From an uncultured Candidatus Micrarchaeota archaeon (GTDB taxonomy: Archaea > Micrarchaeota > Micrarchaeia > Burarchaeales > Fermentimicrarchaeaceae): 64,000 nucleotides of DNA. The stretch lies in NCBI GenBank assembly GCA_963760615.1, contig CAVXDX010000014.1, positions 71,999-135,998 on the forward strand, read 5' to 3'. The notes below the pieces were generated by a model that was not told the DNA's origin, searched no databases, and saw only the letters and a program-made list of their open reading frames with translations. The translations under genes were made by a program, and so were the position numbers. Shown piece by piece: positions 1-8,888 of this stretch. Position 1 is the first letter of the stretch, and each line of letters starts with the position of its first letter.

Positions 1-330
1 AAACGTTTTCGGAATGCAAAATGTTATCTCGGGATATCATACGGTAAAACAAAACCTACATTAAAAAGAGGTATAATACACCAGATTAGTGGCCAAACAT
101 TTTGGCATTTTGTAAGTGGGAAAAAGAACTTTTATAAGGAGATAATCGAACCGATAGGATACAAAGCGAAAGAACTTAATCATGAATTCAATCATAATAA
201 AGCCAGATTGATAAATAGACTTACTCGTGAATTTTCAAATGATTTTTGCGATAAGGACGGAAGGATACTTTGGGATAACATAGTTGAATTTAATTCGGGT
301 AATATGACAAGAATGACTTTGCTGACTTAA
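1..330 (+). CDS. 3' end of a type II restriction endonuclease, EcoO109I/PmeII-like (5' part outside window)
   Basis: Own translation of frame 1, open from base 1 to TAA at 328-330: ...YLGISYG...ISGQTFWHFVSGKKNFYKEIIEPIGYKAKELN...FCDKDGRILWDNIVEFNSG, resembling the C-terminus of EcoO109I-family enzymes (GQxFWxxxSG, IIEPxG, W..IV.FNS). Not in the ORF track. Confidence 0.65.
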   Translation, partial: KRFRNAKCYLGISYGKTKPTLKRGIIHQISGQTFWHFVSGKKNFYKEIIEPIGYKAKELNHEFNHNKARLINRLTREFSNDFCDKDGRILWDNIVEFNSGNMTRMTLLT

Positions 331-358
331 TTAATTTATGCGCAAAGCCGAGAAATTT

Positions 359-568
359 TTATTTGTTTAGACTCGTTTTCTTTATAAAAACCCTGAATCC
401 TCTCCTTTCTATCTCAATCTTCTCTCTTGCCTGCATTTCTTGGATGAATTCCAAATATTTCTTCACCGTCCTCGGGTGCAGCTTGGAAGCTCGGCAAAGC
501 TTGTTGAACGTGACCGGCTCATCCGAGAGAGCCGCCATGATCTTCTCCGCAATCTCGAGCTGCACCAT
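359..568 (-). CDS. Small winged-helix/HTH DNA-binding protein
   Basis: 69 aa; VTFNKLCRASKLHPRTVKKYLEFI is a helix-turn-helix pattern followed by a basic beta-wing (IEIERRGFRVFIKK). Confidence 0.65.
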   Translation of the reverse strand: MVQLEIAEKIMAALSDEPVTFNKLCRASKLHPRTVKKYLEFIQEMQAREKIEIERRGFRVFIKKTSLNK

Positions 569-638
569 AAGGACACCATTAAACGGCCTGCTTAGTTAGG
601 TGCGCCAAGGGATAATTGCCTTGCCGCAGACAGGCTCG

Positions 639-689
639 TTCCTAGGAAATCAGTTGCGGAAGTCTTTCCTGGGAAGCGGTTCCGCGGAA
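639..689. promoter_or_regulatory. Three TTCC-N2-GGAA palindromes in a divergent intergenic region (putative operators)
   Basis: ttcctaggaa 639-648, ttcctgggaa 666-675, ttccgcggaa 680-689, between the HTH gene (-) and ORF 697 (+). Confidence 0.45.
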
Positions 690-696
690 GTGGAGC

Positions 697-882
697 GTGT
701 CTTGCAGGCATGATACGAAACTGCCGAATTCGGCACAAAGGGATAAATCCACTCGGCACGCCACTCGAGGCATGACAGAAGAAGAGGTTGACAGCCAGCT
801 GCCTAGGTGGTACGTGGAGCTGAAGAAGGCTTACAAGGAACGCTTGGAAGGGCAGAAGAAAGATGGGCTGGGAAAGTCGTAA
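697..882 (+). CDS. Small hypothetical protein
   Basis: 61-aa ORF with a charged helical C-terminal half; no motif recognised; start uncertain. Confidence 0.4.
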   Translation: MSCRHDTKLPNSAQRDKSTRHATRGMTEEEVDSQLPRWYVELKKAYKERLEGQKKDGLGKS

Positions 883-964
883 TTGAGGGAAAGGAGTATA
901 CGGTTTAAATCGGTTTTTTGCTTATAGCTACATCGCATTAGCAATAGCAAGAGGTGATGGTTTT

Positions 965-1537
965 ATGAAATGCCCTAATTGTGAGAAAGAAATAACAGAT
1001 GAGAGAGCGAATTATTGCGGCCTATGCAGTTATTGGCTGAAAGAACCGCCATACAAGAGCTATTTGGAAAGATTACACGAAGAGGGCAAGCACGAAATAA
1101 CTAAAGTTGTAATCCCACTGCTGCATGAGAAATATGATTTTTTTGAAAAGTTGAGGAAAGAACACCCCATGCAATACAAGCAGGTAAGGGAATCCAGGGA
1201 TTTTTTTGAACTAGGGTTTTTGTTCGGGTTTTACGAGGGGATAGCCGACAGGATGAAAGAGGAAATCAAAGAAAAGGAGGATAAAGTGGGTACGAACCCG
1301 CCACCAAAGAGAGATCATATCGAGGTACCAAGTAGCGGGAAAAGCGGTTTTGAGATTGTCAAGCTTTACAACTACCCTGAAAAGAACCATGCTATAATCC
1401 GGCTTAAAAAAGGCACCATAGAGAACCTGGGCTTGCCGTATGATGTGCAGTATAACAAACCAATGTTGGCAGAGGTCAGGAATGGCGTTTTGCTGCTTAA
1501 GGTTATCAAGGAGTTGATTCATGATGAGTTCGAGTAG
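965..1537 (+). CDS. Zinc-ribbon protein, possible C-terminal AbrB/SpoVT-like domain
   Basis: N-terminal CPNC...CGLC; SD-like GAGGTGA upstream; C-terminal HAIIRLKKGTIENLGLP...LAEVRNGVLLLKVI resembles a swapped-hairpin fold (weak). Confidence 0.6.
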   Translation: MKCPNCEKEITDERANYCGLCSYWLKEPPYKSYLERLHEEGKHEITKVVIPLLHEKYDFFEKLRKEHPMQYKQVRESRDFFELGFLFGFYEGIADRMKEEIKEKEDKVGTNPPPKRDHIEVPSSGKSGFEIVKLYNYPEKNHAIIRLKKGTIENLGLPYDVQYNKPMLAEVRNGVLLLKVIKELIHDEFE

Positions 1538-1682
1538 TAAGCAGGAAGTATATACCTTACATAGAGCAATATCGCACGACTATGCTTCGGATTAGTGTTT
1601 TACAAGTTCTCAGTCTTTTTTATGCGTATTTCGGTCATTCCAAGCAAAAACAGATTTAAACAACTTCAAATAATATGTACAT

Positions 1683-2300
1683 ATGAAAAAAACGGATTTC
1701 AGAGAGACTAGGACGCAAGTCACGAAGAAACGACTTAGCAATGTTTATCAGCGGATTCAGGAGGCATTGGAGAGCAATTGTGAGAACCTCACTCTTGAAC
1801 GAATAGAAGAACTTAGAACACAATTTATAGAAGAGTATGCGGATCTTATTGACTACTCATTCGACCGTGCTCTCAGAAAAATACTGGGAAGTAAGACGTT
1901 GATAGAGTTGGGATATGTAGAAGCAGAAACAAGAGATTCGGAAGGTGCTGACTACGAAGCATTAGCATTAAAATATGCAGGTCTTCCCCCGCATCCACTT
2001 TCCAATTTAACTCCCGGCATGAATCGTATAAATAGTCTGGAGCTGACTATAATAGAACTCAACGCGCCAGAATATTTTGAATTTGAAAAAGGACCCTACA
2101 AATTCATCCGCGGCCGAGTTAAGGACTCTTCCGGGGACTTTCCCATATTATTTTGGGGTGACCAAGGTGATAGAATACACATCGGAGACAAAATAAAAAT
2201 AATAAACGCTTATGTCAAAAAATATGAAGACGACGAGCGAATACACATAAAAGGGGGACCATTTCTGGTTGTTGCAAAAAGAAGCCTTATTTTGCCATGA
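1683..2300 (+). CDS. OB-fold (RPA/SSB-like) nucleic-acid-binding protein
   Basis: C-terminal IRGRVKDSSGDFPILFWGDQGDRIHIGDKIKIINAYVKKY matches the archaeal RPA/SSB OB-fold pattern (D.SG.I.L..W...GD.I.I.NAYV). Confidence 0.7.
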   Translation: MKKTDFRETRTQVTKKRLSNVYQRIQEALESNCENLTLERIEELRTQFIEEYADLIDYSFDRALRKILGSKTLIELGYVEAETRDSEGADYEALALKYAGLPPHPLSNLTPGMNRINSLELTIIELNAPEYFEFEKGPYKFIRGRVKDSSGDFPILFWGDQGDRIHIGDKIKIINAYVKKYEDDERIHIKGGPFLVVAKRSLILP

Positions 2301-2301
2301 T

Positions 2302-3513
2302 CTAAACCGGAATCGCAACTCCGTTTTTGATAAGCTTCTCCACAACCATCTTCTTGAACTCGGGATCATTCATCAATTTATTCATTATCTCGTCAGCATT
2401 TTTCCTTTCCTCCTCAACCTGCGCCATCATTTGCGCGTTCATCGGAGTTCCGCAGCGCAGGCAGAACTTCGCCGCCGGGGAATTCTTCTCCCTGCAGCGG
2501 GGGCAGAAGCAGACCTTCAGCTCCTCCTCTTTTTTATCTTCGGGCTTCGCCATGCCCTGCAACGCCAGAAGCGCTTGGTCAACATCCCGGCCGGACAGAT
2601 GAACATAAACGGAAGCCATGTCGCTGTTCTGGGTCCAGCCGAAGTACTCCTTCATCTGAGCTTCCGTGAGCTTGGAGGCGAGGAATGTGGCCCTGGAATG
2701 GCGGAACAGGTGCGGGTAGATCTTCTTCTTGATTCCTGCCTTCTCTGCCAGGGTTTCGAGCACCTTGTAGACCGACCGGTGCATCGCGGCAAGGTTTGTC
2801 GCGTGGTTGTTGTTCGAGCGGGGTGGCCAGAGCACGGCTTCCGGGTCTTTCGCCCCTTCGTAATGCTCGAGCCACGATGCCAAGGCAGGTGCCGAGCTGA
2901 TGATCCTCACGCGCCTGTCGCCGGTCTTGCCTGTCACCCTCAAGGTCGCGCCGTACTGGTCGAAAGCGACGTTCTTCACCCTGAGGGAAAGCAGCTCGCC
3001 GATGCGGCAGCCTGTCTCGTACAGGACAAGCACCATGGCCTTATCTCGGGGCGTCTTTGCAGCCTCCACCATCCTCAGGACTTCCTCCTCGGTCAAGAGG
3101 GATTCGGGCAACTTGTGGCTGTGGTTCCTCACTCTCGGCCTGAGCCAGGAGACCTCGCGGGGCATCTGCTCATCATCCCCTTTGAGCCACTTGTAGAACA
3201 TCTTCAAAATGACCTTGAAGTCGTACTTGGTGTTTTCCGCGTACTCCTTGCTTTCGATGCTGCCGACCAGCGCTATGATGTCTTCCTTGGTAGCCTGTTC
3301 GAAGGGCTTCCCGAGCCAGCCCGACAGCCTGCGGAGGCAGTAGATAAGCTTCACAACACGCACCTTGGTGAACCCCTTGGCCAGCCAGGTGTTGGCGAAT
3401 TTGAGTATGAGCTGCCTGTTCTGGGGCAGCACTGCCTCGTCCTTATCCAGCCTGGCAAGGGCCGCATCCAGGTCCGTTGTGCTGCCGTATATCGAGCCTC
3501 CGCTGATTCTCAT
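2302..3513 (-). CDS. Tyrosine recombinase/integrase with C-terminal zinc ribbon
   Basis: Catalytic residues in order: TGCRIGE (R), TGKTG (K), HLFRHS (H-x-x-R), FGW (H/W), SVYVH (Y); N-terminal core-binding domain; C-terminal CPRC...CLRC. Confidence 0.95.
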   Translation of the reverse strand: MRISGGSIYGSTTDLDAALARLDKDEAVLPQNRQLILKFANTWLAKGFTKVRVVKLIYCLRRLSGWLGKPFEQATKEDIIALVGSIESKEYAENTKYDFKVILKMFYKWLKGDDEQMPREVSWLRPRVRNHSHKLPESLLTEEEVLRMVEAAKTPRDKAMVLVLYETGCRIGELLSLRVKNVAFDQYGATLRVTGKTGDRRVRIISSAPALASWLEHYEGAKDPEAVLWPPRSNNNHATNLAAMHRSVYKVLETLAEKAGIKKKIYPHLFRHSRATFLASKLTEAQMKEYFGWTQNSDMASVYVHLSGRDVDQALLALQGMAKPEDKKEEELKVCFCPRCREKNSPAAKFCLRCGTPMNAQMMAQVEEERKNADEIMNKLMNDPEFKKMVVEKLIKNGVAIPV

Positions 3514-3589
3514 GGTAATGCCTCTGGGAACAGGTCTATATTTTGCTTGGTGCAGGATTCCGCACTTTCGTGTCTATATGCCCTTTTCC

Positions 3590-3648
3590 ACCTTGAGCTT
3601 AATCCTCTGGTTGCGGTCGGAGCACTGAGCCATAGGCTCAGGTTGCCA
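3590..3648 (+). repeat. Core-repeat site R1 (degenerate arm A + core + arm X)
   Basis: accttgagcttaatcctctggttg-CGGTCGGAGCA(3614-3624)-ctgagccataggctcag-gttgcca. 28 nt (3614-3641) identical to R4; 24 nt (3604-3627) identical to R2. Confidence 0.9.
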
Positions 3649-3767
3649 CCCGCCCAAGCGATTTTGCCTTGTTCCTGAGGGTGGTTCTGAGTGGCAAGGT
3701 TTAAATAGACTGCTACGACTCTTCGTACGTTATTGGAAAGCGCTTGATTTAACAACCAGGGGATATG

Positions 3768-3785
3768 TCATTTCCGCGGAAATGA
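3768..3785. promoter_or_regulatory. Perfect 18-bp palindrome TCATTTCCGCGGAAATGA
   Basis: Self-complementary; contains the same TTCCGCGGAA as 680-689; lies between the integrase upstream region and the Fic stop codon. Confidence 0.5.
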
Positions 3786-3811
3786 GGTGACCACACTCGT
3801 GGATTTTGTAG

Positions 3812-4753
3812 TCACCTTTTCTTGAGCATCTGTTTGAGCGCACGGTATTCTTTCAACATCAGTTCAATAGTTGGCCGAAGGTTGTGGTTTTTCTCGTAAG
3901 CCTGCAGTGCTGCGTAGTACTGCTGTCGGTTCTTGAGTTCGATATTAATTGGCGGCATCTTGTGCTGTATAAGGATGTTGTTCAGCAGGAGCCTTCCAAC
4001 CCTCCCATTTCCATCCTGGAATGGGTGAATATTCTCAAATTGATTATGGACTACTGCAGCTAAAACTAGTGGCGAATAGCGGTTTTTGTTTTTATCATAC
4101 CATCTGACAAGCTCCAGAAGCAGGACTCGGACACGTGTTGAAGGCGCTCCCCGGTGGACTATTCCTCCGCGTCCGTCCGTTACCACAACTTCCACTCCAT
4201 TCTCCCTTAACTTGCCGGCAAAAGGCTTTGAGTTTTCAAAAACAATCCGATGCAGCTCAAGAATGAGCGGCAGCGAGAGATGATCACCGGTTTTCCTTAT
4301 GAATTCGATGGCCTTTGCTACCCCGTAAGTTTCCGAGATGTCTTCTTTTGATTTGTCCGGCCATTTATTCTTTTCGAGTATCTCCGCAACTTCTTTTGGA
4401 TCTATGGTGGAGCCTTCAATTGCGTTGGTGCTGAATGTGAAAGCTTCCGTGAACTTTACCCAGTCTTCATCGGAAAGGTGTGCTATTTTTATGTGCGCCT
4501 TTGCCTCCAGGGTCCTTAATTCCTCAAGCTCTTCGGATGATAAAACAGTCTCAAATGGATCGGAAATTTGCCTGCTTGCATCCACCCGTGCGCTAAGTTT
4601 TTTCTTTGCATCCTCTATACGCCGTTGCAACTCACTCTCGCTGAGGTTAGACCCCAGGTATACCCTAAGCTTTCTGACCTTTCCAGCCTTTCTGATGGAG
4701 TGGGCAAGATAGTACTTTTTTATGCCCTTTCCTTCACGGATCTCTAAGTGCAT
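3812..4753 (-). CDS. Fic (Fido) domain protein, class II-like
   Basis: Canonical HPFQDGNGRVGR motif; upstream TNAIEG fits the (S/T)xxxE(G/N) inhibitory helix. Confidence 0.93.
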   Translation of the reverse strand: MHLEIREGKGIKKYYLAHSIRKAGKVRKLRVYLGSNLSESELQRRIEDAKKKLSARVDASRQISDPFETVLSSEELEELRTLEAKAHIKIAHLSDEDWVKFTEAFTFSTNAIEGSTIDPKEVAEILEKNKWPDKSKEDISETYGVAKAIEFIRKTGDHLSLPLILELHRIVFENSKPFAGKLRENGVEVVVTDGRGGIVHRGAPSTRVRVLLLELVRWYDKNKNRYSPLVLAAVVHNQFENIHPFQDGNGRVGRLLLNNILIQHKMPPINIELKNRQQYYAALQAYEKNHNLRPTIELMLKEYRALKQMLKKR

Positions 4754-4880
4754 AATGTTATTGGGTGACTACTATTTATAAATATTTGCATTAAAGGTGA
4801 CTACTAGTTGGTAAAGCTCCTCGCTAGTCTGTGAAGAATTAGGGTCCACACGGGTTTTAGGGGGCACATATTCCTGCATA

Positions 4881-4922
4881 TGGCAACCTGAGCCCTTGCC
4901 TCTGGTTGCGGTCGGAGCACTG
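4881..4922 (+). repeat. Core-repeat site R2 (arm A + core)
   Basis: tgGCAACCTGAGCCCTTGCCTCTGGTTGCGGTCGGAGCActg; 37 nt (4883-4919) identical to R5; arm A forms a GCAACC-t-GAG/CTC-t-GGTTGC hairpin. Confidence 0.92.
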
Positions 4923-5080
4923 CCGGAGATCGGAACTGGAAATAATGCCTAGTTTCAAGCCAAAAAGAGGGAAGTGGGCGGAAGGGGTTGCTCCGGAAAA
5001 TGGTCTGCTCTGCCGGAAACTCTGTGTTTTGTTGCATTTCTGGAGCATGTTTAAATATTGGAAAATGCATAAACTAATCC

Positions 5081-5986
5081 ATGGTCTTTAGAGAGAAGGA
5101 ATCCAGAGAACTTCCTGCTTTCGATAAGATTCAGATAAAGGGTACTCTCTCGGAAAGATTCAAGGATCATTTTGAGGATCATCCATTAAAAATTCTTGAC
5201 ACCAACTTCTATAGGAATAAGTTCGCCTTAGAATGGTTTGACAAGATAGTCCACGATCTTAAGAAGACTCAGAGCAACATAACCATAAATGAGATAGGTC
5301 TTGGCATAGAAGACAAGATAGGAAAATATGAAATAAAATTTCGCCTTGGAGAAATGAGATTAAAGCTGAAGGAAATGCTGGCACCGAAGAAAACAACCTA
5401 TGAGACTTTCGAACTGTTGAATATTCTGAGAAATGCAGGCATAAAACCAGAACAGTTCAGTCTCTATGCAATGGATATAAGGGAGGATGTGCTGCTTGCA
5501 GTGAAGTCAACAAAGGTGCTGAAGGTGGTTACTTCCAAGCTGCTTGCTGACATGCCAACCGATGTCCTGGAGAATGAAAGCGCTAAGAGACTTACGATTG
5601 AGGAGAATGAATACGCTAAGAAATTCTTCCCTGATCTACAAGGCAAGAGTAGGAACAGTAAAGAGCCCTCGCTCGCTAGGGTACTGGAAGTGCGGATACC
5701 ACGGAATTATGCCAATAGGGTTGTGTGTCCTGAACCGCTTGACATCACGAAAACTCCTGCTCCAGTGAAGGCGGACATAACCTTTTCCTACATATTTTCC
5801 TGCCCGGAGAGGGAAGAGCGCTTTTCCAATCTTGCAAAAAGCACAAAGCCAGGTGGATACATTATAACTGAACTTAGTGAGGAGATTAGCCCTGCTTTCT
5901 TGGAGAAAATTGGCGTAGAAAAAGTATTTAGTAACCCTGGTCATATAATGGAGGGGTGCGTCTACAGGGTCAAGCCAACAGCATAA
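5081..5986 (+). CDS. Divergent class I SAM-methyltransferase-like (CheR-like) protein, paralog 1
   Basis: Motifs INEIGLG, YETFEL, LYAMDIREDVL, ADITFSY, LAKSTKPGGYI in the CheR order; similar to 8085-8849. Confidence 0.55.
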   Translation: MVFREKESRELPAFDKIQIKGTLSERFKDHFEDHPLKILDTNFYRNKFALEWFDKIVHDLKKTQSNITINEIGLGIEDKIGKYEIKFRLGEMRLKLKEMLAPKKTTYETFELLNILRNAGIKPEQFSLYAMDIREDVLLAVKSTKVLKVVTSKLLADMPTDVLENESAKRLTIEENEYAKKFFPDLQGKSRNSKEPSLARVLEVRIPRNYANRVVCPEPLDITKTPAPVKADITFSYIFSCPEREERFSNLAKSTKPGGYIITELSEEISPAFLEKIGVEKVFSNPGHIMEGCVYRVKPTA

Positions 5987-6025
5987 TTGTTCTCAGATGT
6001 GACTTTTCTGGGCAATCCTAAGTGA

Positions 6026-6065
6026 GGGGATTTAAGAACTCGTAGACATAAGCTCGGTCGGAGCA
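6026..6065 (+). repeat. Core-repeat site R3 (arm B + core)
   Basis: ggggatttaagaactcgtagacataagctCGGTCGGAGCA; 36 of 40 nt identical to 7832-7871. Confidence 0.9.
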
Positions 6066-6131
6066 ATTTACTTTTATCTGAGTACTCTCCCTTAGCTCAA
6101 CAGAAGAACATGCGTCCCTTAGTGACGTTTT

Positions 6132-6605
6132 TCAGGGGAACACAGTCAAATCCCCAAGACGATTTTTCAGCTCCCCCTGGCAGTATTCAATGCCGTAGAT
6201 CAGAGATGTAACCCACCTTTGGTCAAACTTTCCCCTTTCATACATGCAGGTCATGTTCTTTCCCTGAAGCAGGTTCTTCATCTCCTGGCTTTCATTGGCG
6301 TTCAAGCTTACAAGCGTCTTTGTAAAGATGCAGGATTCAGAGGACGAGTAGCTGAAAGTCCCGACCTCGTCAGTAACGGTTAGATTTATATTCTCGCAAT
6401 TATTTGCCGCTGCGATGAAGCATGTTTCGTCCCCGCAGGTCGCATTTGTTGAAGGTGCAATCGTTAAGTTTTGTGTATTGTTTGTGGAAACATTCTGGGC
6501 AGGAGGGAAAAGTCCACAACAGCCTGCCAAGAAAAGAAAAATTCCTGCCGTCAGCAAATATGCAACTCGCATTTCTATGATTTTTTGTTTTATCATAATT
6601 CTCAC
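6132..6605 (-). CDS. Cys-rich putative lipoprotein
   Basis: Hydrophobic stretch ending FLAGCCG (lipobox-like), N/T-rich linker, multiple Cys; true start probably downstream of 6605. Confidence 0.75.
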   Translation of the reverse strand: MRIMIKQKIIEMRVAYLLTAGIFLFLAGCCGLFPPAQNVSTNNTQNLTIAPSTNATCGDETCFIAAANNCENINLTVTDEVGTFSYSSSESCIFTKTLVSLNANESQEMKNLLQGKNMTCMYERGKFDQRWVTSLIYGIEYCQGELKNRLGDLTVFP

Positions 6606-7639
6606 TTAACAGCTACGGCATTCACGACATCCTTGTTAAGACCTAGTGTTAAAAAAAGCTTTTCACTCCAGGTGCTTGTGTCGGAGGATTCTTTCTGGAC
6701 ATCCATGTCATATAAGCCTCCTTGCCAGTTACCCTTTTCACTGCTCATTTTTCTCATCAACAAGCTGTTATCCGGTTTTGGGAATTTTGAGAAGCCCAAC
6801 TCCTTGGCGAGGTTCTTTTCCATCGCTTCCTTCATGCTCTCGGTTACCGCTCCGCTGTTTAATGCCCTGTCCATATACTCATAGTATTCATGGGGCAGTC
6901 CTTGGGTTTTCTTCAGCTCGGCCATGTCCACGTTTGCCTCGAAGTTGTTTGGATCTGCTTTAAGTATTGCGTTGTATTTTGCCTCGATAGACGGTTCTAA
7001 ATTGTCTATCTGGTCCTGCTTTTGTTTGAGTTCAGCAGCGGTTTGGGGGGTGTTTAAAAGAAGATTCTGAGCCCTTAAAAAAGGGATTTGGTTGCGTAGA
7101 TCGAAATCATTGTTCAAATCGTCGCGTGCGCTTGAAATTTGCTCCTCAGTTGTCAGTTCCGGCGGCTTGCTTGGAGGAATTACGACAGTTGGAGCCGGGC
7201 AACCATTTACAATTCTTCCGCTGAATGTAGTGGAACCACTGCACGAACCTTCTGAATCGCTATACTGCCAGGTGTAACTCCCAGTAAATGTCAAACAATC
7301 TGAGCTAAAGGTCACGTCATAAGGTGATAGTACTGAAGTTCCATAGCCATCGGGAACCGACCTGCCGGGTATATGAAGGACGTTGCCGTCAACTATTCCG
7401 CTAGTCACCCCATGACCGATATCCCCCATCTGAGCATGTTTTAGATTGAACTGTATCGTAATGGTAGGATGAGTAACTATAACCCCGCTTTGGCAATCAC
7501 GTTCATCATCGCTAACATCTACACGCCATTGGGTGGTGCCGGTATATTGATCCCAACTCCAAGGAGGCAGCGAGACCTCGGCTCTAACCAAGTGTATTAG
7601 AAGCAGTGCTGAAATAAGCAGTACAGCAATTCTGGGCAT
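6602..7639 (-). CDS. Secreted hypothetical protein (beta-rich N-domain, Pro linker, TPR-like C-domain)
   Basis: Signal peptide MPRIAVLLISALLLIHLVRA; PAPTVVIPPSKPP linker; ILKADPNNFEA...YMDRAL TPR-like helix pair; stop overlaps the start of the next ORF. Confidence 0.75.
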   Translation of the reverse strand: MPRIAVLLISALLLIHLVRAEVSLPPWSWDQYTGTTQWRVDVSDDERDCQSGVIVTHPTITIQFNLKHAQMGDIGHGVTSGIVDGNVLHIPGRSVPDGYGTSVLSPYDVTFSSDCLTFTGSYTWQYSDSEGSCSGSTTFSGRIVNGCPAPTVVIPPSKPPELTTEEQISSARDDLNNDFDLRNQIPFLRAQNLLLNTPQTAAELKQKQDQIDNLEPSIEAKYNAILKADPNNFEANVDMAELKKTQGLPHEYYEYMDRALNSGAVTESMKEAMEKNLAKELGFSKFPKPDNSLLMRKMSSEKGNWQGGLYDMDVQKESSDTSTWSEKLFLTLGLNKDVVNAVAVK

Positions 7640-7831
7640 GTTAATGCTTTCTGCGTTAATTGTTTAAATATTTACTCCTCGGCAGACGAATTCTGCCAAG
7701 GCGTGCTTTATCCTGTTTATCAAGGTGTCAGAATTTCTAGGAAGGACAGGGTGCTGTTGTTGTCATGCAACTGACATTGTATTGTAATCTGCTCTGCTAG
7801 ATATACTAGACAAAAGCAATTTTAAATGTGG

Positions 7832-7888
7832 GGGGATTTCGGAACTCGTAGACAGATGCTCGGTCGGAGCACTGAGCCATAGGCTCAG
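7832..7888 (+). repeat. Core-repeat site R4 (arm B + core + arm X)
   Basis: ggggatttcggaactcgtagacagatgctCGGTCGGAGCA(7861-7871)ctgagccataggctcag; left arm shared with R3, right arm with R1. Confidence 0.92.
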
Positions 7889-8084
7889 TTCCTCACTTTT
7901 GCGGAATATATTCTTGTTCCCGACATGGTTCAGCCTGTGAGCTTTATAAAGACTGCGTCTATGGAAGCAATTTTGTCATCTAGCTGATAATTTGACCGGC
8001 TTGTTGAATTGGTTGTTTTGTGCCTTGATAATCGGTGTTGTAAAGATGATACTTATTTTAATGGAGAAAGAGTAAGATAACTTA

Positions 8085-8849
8085 ATGACAACCAAGCAGA
8101 AACAGCCCAGCGAGGAGAATTTTAACCAGTTTAGGAAGGAACTGGATAAGAGAGTTTCTCAAGAAATTATGCAGAATCAGAATCAAAATATAGAGAATAT
8201 AATGACCTGGTTTGGAAGGCATCCATGGGCAACCTTGCAATTCGGCAAGAGATTGTCAGAATTCAAAGACTCAAATGAGATAATCAGGGTCAACAACATA
8301 GGCATAGGAATTAGAGGTATAGGGGATGAAGGAGAGCGGGTACCACCTAATATGAAATCTCACTATATTTCGTACGAACCTTTAGAGCTGCTCAACCAAG
8401 CAGCTAAGATTCTGGAGCCAAAACAGCTGATATTTTATGCAGCAGATACACGAATGGATACACTATTGCATCTTAAATCAACAAAAACCGTACGGATGCA
8501 TGAATACCTGCACAGAGAGTATTTCAAGGCATTTTTTCCCGAAGTCTTGCACAGGAAAGAGGGGGATAACATCGCAGTGGATATACCGGAAGAGTGGAAG
8601 GACAGGATAGTCTATCTCAAGCTCAATATCCTAAAACAGCCAGCACCGGTCAAGGCGCATGTAACATTCTCATACATCCTAGACCTTTACCAGAGGCCTG
8701 AGTATTTTGAGAACCTTGTTGCAAGCACGAAGAGGGGAGGCTATGTGTTCTGCGCAGCGGGACCGAGGGATGAAACACTCAAGAAATTAAATGTTGAGTG
8801 GATACACCCCGTGAGATATCCTGAGCCCGGCTTATTGCACCTCAGATAG
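8085..8849 (+). CDS. Divergent class I SAM-methyltransferase-like (CheR-like) protein, paralog 2
   Basis: VNNIGIG, SYEPLELL, FYAADTRMDTL, PAPVKAHVTFSY, LVASTKRGGYV; shares PAPVKA.(I/V)TFSYI and STK.GGY with 5081-5986. Confidence 0.55.
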   Translation: MTTKQKQPSEENFNQFRKELDKRVSQEIMQNQNQNIENIMTWFGRHPWATLQFGKRLSEFKDSNEIIRVNNIGIGIRGIGDEGERVPPNMKSHYISYEPLELLNQAAKILEPKQLIFYAADTRMDTLLHLKSTKTVRMHEYLHREYFKAFFPEVLHRKEGDNIAVDIPEEWKDRIVYLKLNILKQPAPVKAHVTFSYILDLYQRPEYFENLVASTKRGGYVFCAAGPRDETLKKLNVEWIHPVRYPEPGLLHLR

Positions 8850-8888
8850 TATAGTTGATGCTTATTTGAGTGAGGTTTGTGAATAGTA

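Noticed and set aside
3604-3630. Repeat as a tRNA-derived att site (TCTGGTTG-cggtcg-GAGCACT resembles the tRNA-Ile D-loop TCTGGTTGGAGCACT; the reverse complement ends ...GCAACCA)
   Set aside because: Needs a 6-nt insertion exactly at the conserved core, B-type copies lack the matching part, and no T-arm or cloverleaf can be built; probably coincidental.
2269-3678. 469-aa plus-strand ORF
   Set aside because: Antisense shadow of the GC-rich integrase gene; no motifs.
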